Assembly: GCA_016934095.1 (NCBI GenBank)
Contig: JAFGTO010000083.1
Span: forward strand, 1-32,114
Direction of reading: 5' to 3'
Origin: Candidatus Glassbacteria bacterium
GTDB taxonomy: Bacteria; Gemmatimonadota; Glassbacteria; GWA2-58-10
Length of the DNA: 32,114 bases
Shown: positions 27,333-32,114 of the stretch, one piece after another
Layout: each line of letters starts with the position of its first letter
How positions within the stretch are numbered: position 1 is the stretch's first letter
Made by a program: the position numbers and the translations under genes
The notes under the pieces: generated by a model
The model's input: only the letters and a program-made list of their open reading frames with translations
Databases searched by the model: none
Told to the model about the DNA's origin: nothing

Positions 27333-28391
27333 GTGCCGGCCCGATTCGATAGGATCCTGATTTTCAACAGCGCCTTTCCCGGCGATATAGTTCTTACCAC
27401 TCCGCTGATCCGTGCCGCATACCAGAGCTTTCCCGGCGCCAGCCTGACTTTCTGCACTACCGAGGCCGGAGCTTCCCTGCTGGCCGGCATGTCTTACCTC
27501 GACAGCCTGATTGTCTACGATAAGCACGGTCGCGACAAGGGGACCTGGGGCATGCTGAAAACCGCCGCCAGGCTGCGCCGGGAAAGCTTCGACCTGGTGT
27601 TTGCGGCCCACCGCAGCGCCCGGACCGCCATGTTGCTGGCCCTGGCCGGGATCCCGGTGCGTGTGGGGTTCCAGCACGGCTCCGCCTCCTGGCTGTATAC
27701 CCACCTGGCGAAGAGAAGACCCGGGGCCCACGAGACGGAACGCAACCTGAGCCTGCTCGGTCCGCTGGGGATAGAGCTGGGGGAACTTTCCCGGAAACCC
27801 GTGCTGCCGGTAACCGGCGAGGAAGCCAACCACGTTTTCGGCCACCTGGGCGTGGGCCTGCCGCGCGGGCGCGGGCCGCTGGTGATAGTCGCCCCTGGTT
27901 CGGTCTGGGGCACCAAGCAGTGGTTCGCCGACAGGTTCGCCGGTTTGATCGAGTTGCTGACAGCGGCACATGCGGCGCGGGTGATCATGGTCGGTAGCCC
28001 CTTGGACCGGGCCCAGGCCGATAAGGTTGCCGACGCCTGCCGGTGCGAGTTCCTGGACTTGGTGGGAATGACCGACCTGCGCGGCCTGACCGCCCTGATC
28101 CGCAAGGCCGACCTGGTGATTACCGGCGACAGCGCGCCGATGCATATCGCCTGGGCCATGGATACGCCTGCGGTGGCTATTTTCGGCGCGACCACTCCGG
28201 AGCTGGGCTTCGCCCCGCTGTCCGGGCGCTGCCGGGTGGTGGAAATAAAAAGCCTCGAATGCCGGCCCTGCAGCGAGCACGGGCCCAGAAACTGCCCCCT
28301 GGGGCATTTCCGCTGCATGAGCGGAATCACTGTCGATATGGTCATGACCGCCTGCGAGGAAATGCTGCGGCTCGGACCCGATCGAAATTAA
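27333..28391 (+). CDS. waaF: GT9 LPS heptosyltransferase II (WaaF/RfaF-like)
   Basis: ILIFNSAFPGDIVLTTP, HRSART, APGSVWGTKQW, GDSAPMHIA, CRPCSEHG...CPLGHFRCM. GTG start. Confidence 0.85.
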   Translation: MPARFDRILIFNSAFPGDIVLTTPLIRAAYQSFPGASLTFCTTEAGASLLAGMSYLDSLIVYDKHGRDKGTWGMLKTAARLRRESFDLVFAAHRSARTAMLLALAGIPVRVGFQHGSASWLYTHLAKRRPGAHETERNLSLLGPLGIELGELSRKPVLPVTGEEANHVFGHLGVGLPRGRGPLVIVAPGSVWGTKQWFADRFAGLIELLTAAHAARVIMVGSPLDRAQADKVADACRCEFLDLVGMTDLRGLTALIRKADLVITGDSAPMHIAWAMDTPAVAIFGATTPELGFAPLSGRCRVVEIKSLECRPCSEHGPRNCPLGHFRCMSGITVDMVMTACEEMLRLGPDRN

Positions 28392-28461
28392 TCCGGATAA
28401 TAGTCTTGGCTCACAGAGGTTCCTGCATCTTCACACTTTTTTCCATTCATAGGAGCGTGCC

Positions 28462-30294
28462 ATGCTGAAAAAGGCGGTTTTCATCCTCATGCTGTCGGTT
28501 TCCGCTGCTTTCGCCGGCGAGGATTTTTTCATCCGGGACGGCGACGTGGTATGTTTCTGGGGCAATAGTATCACCGATTACGGGATCTACCCCAGGATGA
28601 TCGAGAACTACGTGTTGACTTTTCACCCGGAGTGGAAAGTCGATTTCTGCAACCTGGGCTGGGGCGGGGACGAGGCCAAAAATATCCCCCGCCTGGAGCG
28701 CGACATCCAGCTCTGCAAGCCGACCAAGGTGACGATCATGCTGGGGATGAATGACGGCGGCTACTGCCCGTTCGACCCGGAGCGGCTGGAGACCTATCTC
28801 ACTAGCATGAAAAAGGAGATCGAGATCTTCCAGAAGCATTCCGGCGCCGAAGTCATGCTGGTCTCCCCCACCCCTTTCGACCTGAGGTGCCGCTGGGAGC
28901 GGGTTACCGGGCAAGTGGGCGAATATAAGGACGAAGAGGGGAACCTCCGCAAGAAGTACGATGACATGCGGGTCATACGGTACCCCGAAGCCCTGAACCG
29001 ATTCTCGCACGAGCTGCAGAAACTGGCGCTGTCCCTGGGACTCAAGTTCGTGGACCTGAATTTCGAGATGGAACAGGTGCTGGATGAGATCGATGGCTAT
29101 GACAAGGACTTCCGGATCACCGCCGAGGGAGTGCACCCCAACGTGGACGGGCAGTTCCAGATGGGACTGTGCATCCTGGATGGGATGCAGGGGTTCCGGC
29201 GCACCGTGGAGACCGTGATCGATGCCGCCGCCGGCAAGGTTGTCTCCGAACAGGAAGCCGCCACTACCGGCCTTAAAGCCACCTCCCGGAAAGTGTCTTT
29301 CACCCGCAGGGCAGCCCGCCTGCCGCTGCCTGTCTACCCCTCGACCCGCGGGCTGATCCAGCGCGTGCTGCACTATCCCTGCGCCTGGGACCGGGACATA
29401 ATCAAGGTAACCGGGCTGGACACCGGCTGGTACGGGATCTCGATCGACGGCGGCCTGATCGAAGTGGCCAGCGCCGCACAGCTCGGGCAGGGAGTCAACC
29501 TGAGCCGCTACCCCAACACCCCGCAGATGATACAGGCCTACCGGGTGTTCGAGGAGACCGAAAAGAGGAACGCCGCTTTCTGGACCAAGTGGCGCAGGGT
29601 CCTGCTCGATGGGGTATACTCGCCCCGGGATTTCACCCCGTTCGTGGTCAATCCCCCCGCCGAGGCGGTGCACGGCCTGGAGCAGGCCGAGCGCGCGGCC
29701 TTCGAGGCCCAGCACCGGCTGAACAAGCCGGCGGCCCACCGCTACGAGATAAGCCCGGTCGAGCACCCGGCGGTTGCCCGGGCACCGGTTCCGGGCGCCG
29801 GGGAGTTCCTGGAAAATATGGTCAGCGTCAGGATCAGCGTGGACTCCAGGACCATACCCTCCTTCGAGCCGCCGCTGTGCATCCGGGGCAATTTCGCCTA
29901 TGCGCCGCAGTACTCCTGGGGACTGATCGCCAGCAAGAGCTACTACGGGGAAATCCCGGTGCGCCTTTACGATGACGGGACCCACGGGGACAAGCTGGCC
30001 AGGGACGGGGTCTATTCGGTCGGGATGTTTTTCCGCAAGGGCGCCGGCGAGATTAATTTCATGGTCCGCGACGGTGTCTACCTGACAAACTACTGGAATT
30101 CTATCTACCCGGAAAAATTCACCCACAACCCCAACCTGACCGCGCTCAGCGCGGCCTGGGGCGAGCTGCTGGGCAAGCTGGATGAGGACCGGGAGCGGAT
30201 CGGCGGCTTCCCCCTGGACCGGGACCTGGACCTGGTATGGGACAAGACTATGCTCGACAAAGCACTGGAGAAAAAGCTGATCTACCAACCGTAA
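28462..30294 (+). CDS. Secreted SGNH/GDSL hydrolase with long C-terminal extension
   Basis: Signal peptide MLKKAVFILMLSVSAAFA, block I FWGNSIT, block II NLGWGG, block III LGMNDG, block V EGVHP. C-terminal LYDDGTHGDKLARDGVYS motif. Confidence 0.8.
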   Translation: MLKKAVFILMLSVSAAFAGEDFFIRDGDVVCFWGNSITDYGIYPRMIENYVLTFHPEWKVDFCNLGWGGDEAKNIPRLERDIQLCKPTKVTIMLGMNDGGYCPFDPERLETYLTSMKKEIEIFQKHSGAEVMLVSPTPFDLRCRWERVTGQVGEYKDEEGNLRKKYDDMRVIRYPEALNRFSHELQKLALSLGLKFVDLNFEMEQVLDEIDGYDKDFRITAEGVHPNVDGQFQMGLCILDGMQGFRRTVETVIDAAAGKVVSEQEAATTGLKATSRKVSFTRRAARLPLPVYPSTRGLIQRVLHYPCAWDRDIIKVTGLDTGWYGISIDGGLIEVASAAQLGQGVNLSRYPNTPQMIQAYRVFEETEKRNAAFWTKWRRVLLDGVYSPRDFTPFVVNPPAEAVHGLEQAERAAFEAQHRLNKPAAHRYEISPVEHPAVARAPVPGAGEFLENMVSVRISVDSRTIPSFEPPLCIRGNFAYAPQYSWGLIASKSYYGEIPVRLYDDGTHGDKLARDGVYSVGMFFRKGAGEINFMVRDGVYLTNYWNSIYPEKFTHNPNLTALSAAWGELLGKLDEDRERIGGFPLDRDLDLVWDKTMLDKALEKKLIYQP

Positions 30295-30326
30295 ATCCTG
30301 TAGGAATATAGAGGAAAGGGGCCACC

Positions 30327-31817
30327 ATGAATACCAGTCTCAATCGCCGGGATTTCCTGGGAATGCTGAGCTCGGGCTTGGCGGGCATGGCGCTGGGCGG
30401 CTGCGGCGGCAGGCCCGTGCCGCAGAGGAAGCCCAATTTCGTTATCATTTTCTGCGATGACCAGGGCTATGCCGATGTCGGCTGTTTCGGCGCCCGGGGG
30501 TTCGAGACCCCCAACCTCGACCGCATGGCCGAACAAGGCATCCGCTTCACCGACTTCCATGCCTCCACCGCGGTCTGCTCCGCCTCGCGCGCCTCGCTGC
30601 TCACCGGGTGTTACCCGGAGCGGGTGGGCATCCTGGGGGCCCTGTTCCCCCAGTCGGAGACCGGGCTCAGCTCCGACGAGCTGACCATCGCCGAGATGCT
30701 CAAGGAGCAGGGATACGCCACGGCCGCCTTCGGCAAGTGGCACCTGGGGGACGCGCCCCCGTTCCTGCCCACCCGCCACGGCTTCGATGAGTATTTCGGC
30801 CTGCCCTATTCCAACGATATGTGGCCGCACCACCCCACCATAGGCGACCAGTTCGGGCCCCTGCCGCTGATCGAGGGCGAGCAGGTGGTAAAATATCTCG
30901 ACGACCAGAGCCAACTGACCACCTGGTACACCGAGCGTGCGGTCGGGTTCATCGAGGCCAGCCGCGACAGGCCGTTTTTCCTCTACCTGGCGCACAACAT
31001 GCCCCACGTGCCGCTGTTCGTCTCGGAGAAATTCAGGGGGAAGTCCGCAAGAGGGCTTTTCGGGGACGTGATCATGGAGATCGACTGGTCCGTGGGCCAG
31101 GTGCTGAAAACCCTCGGGGAGCTGGGCCTGGATGAAAACACCCTGGTGATTTTCACCTCGGACAACGGGCCCTGGCTGAGCTACGGAGACCATGCGGGCT
31201 CGGCCGGAGACCTGCGGGAGGGCAAGGGCACCATGTTCGAGGGCGGCATGAGGGAGCCCTGCATCATGCGCTGGCCGGGCAGGATACCCGCCGGAGCGGT
31301 CAGCAGCGAGCTGGCCACCACCATGGACCTGCTGCCCACCCTGGCCGGGCTGGCGGGGGGCAGGCTGCACGGGCACAAGATCGATGGCCACGATATCCTG
31401 CCGCTGATCGAGGCCCGTCCCGGCGCCAGGACACCCACTGACGTCTACTACTGCTATTATGCCGGGGAGCTGCGTGCCGTGCGCAGCGGCAGGTGGAAGC
31501 TGCATTTCCCTCATGCCTACCGCACCATGGCCGGCAGGCCGGGAGGCACCGGCGGCCTGCCCGAGCCTTACTCCAGCGCCGAGATCGGGCTGGAGCTTTT
31601 CGACCTGCAGAGCGACGTGGGCGAGACCACCGACGTGGCGGACCGCCACCCCGAGGTGGTCGCCCGGCTGCAGGGGCTGGCGGAGCTGGCCCGTGAGGAC
31701 CTGGGCGACAAGCTGACCGAGCGTGTGGGCAAGGGAGTGCGGCCGCCCGGAAAGTACGAGTGGGACAAGCCGAAAAAGGCGGAAGAGGCGGACCAGCAGG
31801 AGCGCCCGGATTGGTAG
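30327..31817 (+). CDS. Formylglycine-dependent (S1) sulfatase, Tat-exported probable lipoprotein
   Basis: NRRDFL Tat motif, LGGC lipobox, [48 protein letters not shown]. Confidence 0.93.
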   Translation: MNTSLNRRDFLGMLSSGLAGMALGGCGGRPVPQRKPNFVIIFCDDQGYADVGCFGARGFETPNLDRMAEQGIRFTDFHASTAVCSASRASLLTGCYPERVGILGALFPQSETGLSSDELTIAEMLKEQGYATAAFGKWHLGDAPPFLPTRHGFDEYFGLPYSNDMWPHHPTIGDQFGPLPLIEGEQVVKYLDDQSQLTTWYTERAVGFIEASRDRPFFLYLAHNMPHVPLFVSEKFRGKSARGLFGDVIMEIDWSVGQVLKTLGELGLDENTLVIFTSDNGPWLSYGDHAGSAGDLREGKGTMFEGGMREPCIMRWPGRIPAGAVSSELATTMDLLPTLAGLAGGRLHGHKIDGHDILPLIEARPGARTPTDVYYCYYAGELRAVRSGRWKLHFPHAYRTMAGRPGGTGGLPEPYSSAEIGLELFDLQSDVGETTDVADRHPEVVARLQGLAELAREDLGDKLTERVGKGVRPPGKYEWDKPKKAEEADQQERPDW

Positions 31818-31843
31818 GAAAGAGGCTCTCTCTTAACCCGGAT

Positions 31844-31885
31844 AATTGAAGAGTCCCCGCATCAAGCTGCAGGGACTCTTCGATT
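31844..31885. terminator. Stem-loop terminator (possibly bidirectional) after the sulfatase
   Basis: AATTGAAGAGTCCC...GGGACTCTTCGATT stem, followed by a T-rich tract. Confidence 0.6.
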
Positions 31886-32114
31886 GTTAAGGTGTGTTTG
31901 ATTATTTTTTATTCGCTCGCTATTCCCGCAGTTCACGGCGGGAACAGGCGCTCGGGCGTTCAATTCATAAGGACTTTGTCTTGTGCATAATAAAACGCCG
32001 GTGGGCGCGGGCTGGCATGGCACAAGGCTTACTCGTTGCTGAAATTTATGAATGATCCGGGCGTGCGTCCTGAAAGCTGTTTGTCTCCCAAGTTGGAGGT
32101 ATATCAACCCGCAA

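Noticed and set aside
32018-32032. Sigma-54-like TGGCAC-N5-TTAC near the window end
   Set aside because: The -12 GC is replaced by AC and the downstream gene is outside the window, so it cannot be supported
1-32114. CRISPR arrays, tRNA/rRNA, integrase or transposase genes
   Set aside because: No regularly spaced repeats, cloverleaf/T-loop signatures or recombinase motifs were seen

Overview
GC-rich, densely coding bacterial chromosomal window with 20 protein genes and no tRNA, rRNA, CRISPR array or transposase. It carries two hallmark type IX secretion (T9SS)-associated genes: a ~2140-aa SprA/Sov-like outer-membrane translocon and a PorX-like REC-PglZ response regulator. The high GC and gene context suggest an FCB-superphylum organism outside the typical Bacteroidota, such as Gemmatimonadota, Ca. 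Glassbacteria or Latescibacterota (inference). Between them lie an AT-richer PAS/GAF hybrid histidine kinase, comEA translationally coupled to a sigma-54 NtrC-type regulator, and a complete RsbU-RsbW-RsbV partner-switching module with no sigma factor, sitting directly in front of an MlaE-MlaF-MlaD (MCE) transporter. Next come lon, a REP-like inverted doublet, engB, a mannose-6-phosphate isomerase, an HExxH protein and a membrane methyltransferase. Two GT9 heptosyltransferases flank porX, followed by an SGNH hydrolase and a Tat-lipoprotein sulfatase. The most interesting leads are the possible phospho-regulated MCE transporter, the T9SS-like components with PorX embedded in LPS-core genes, a rod-shaped structured RNA candidate after sprA, and a recurrent CCGGAYAAT motif at gene ends.
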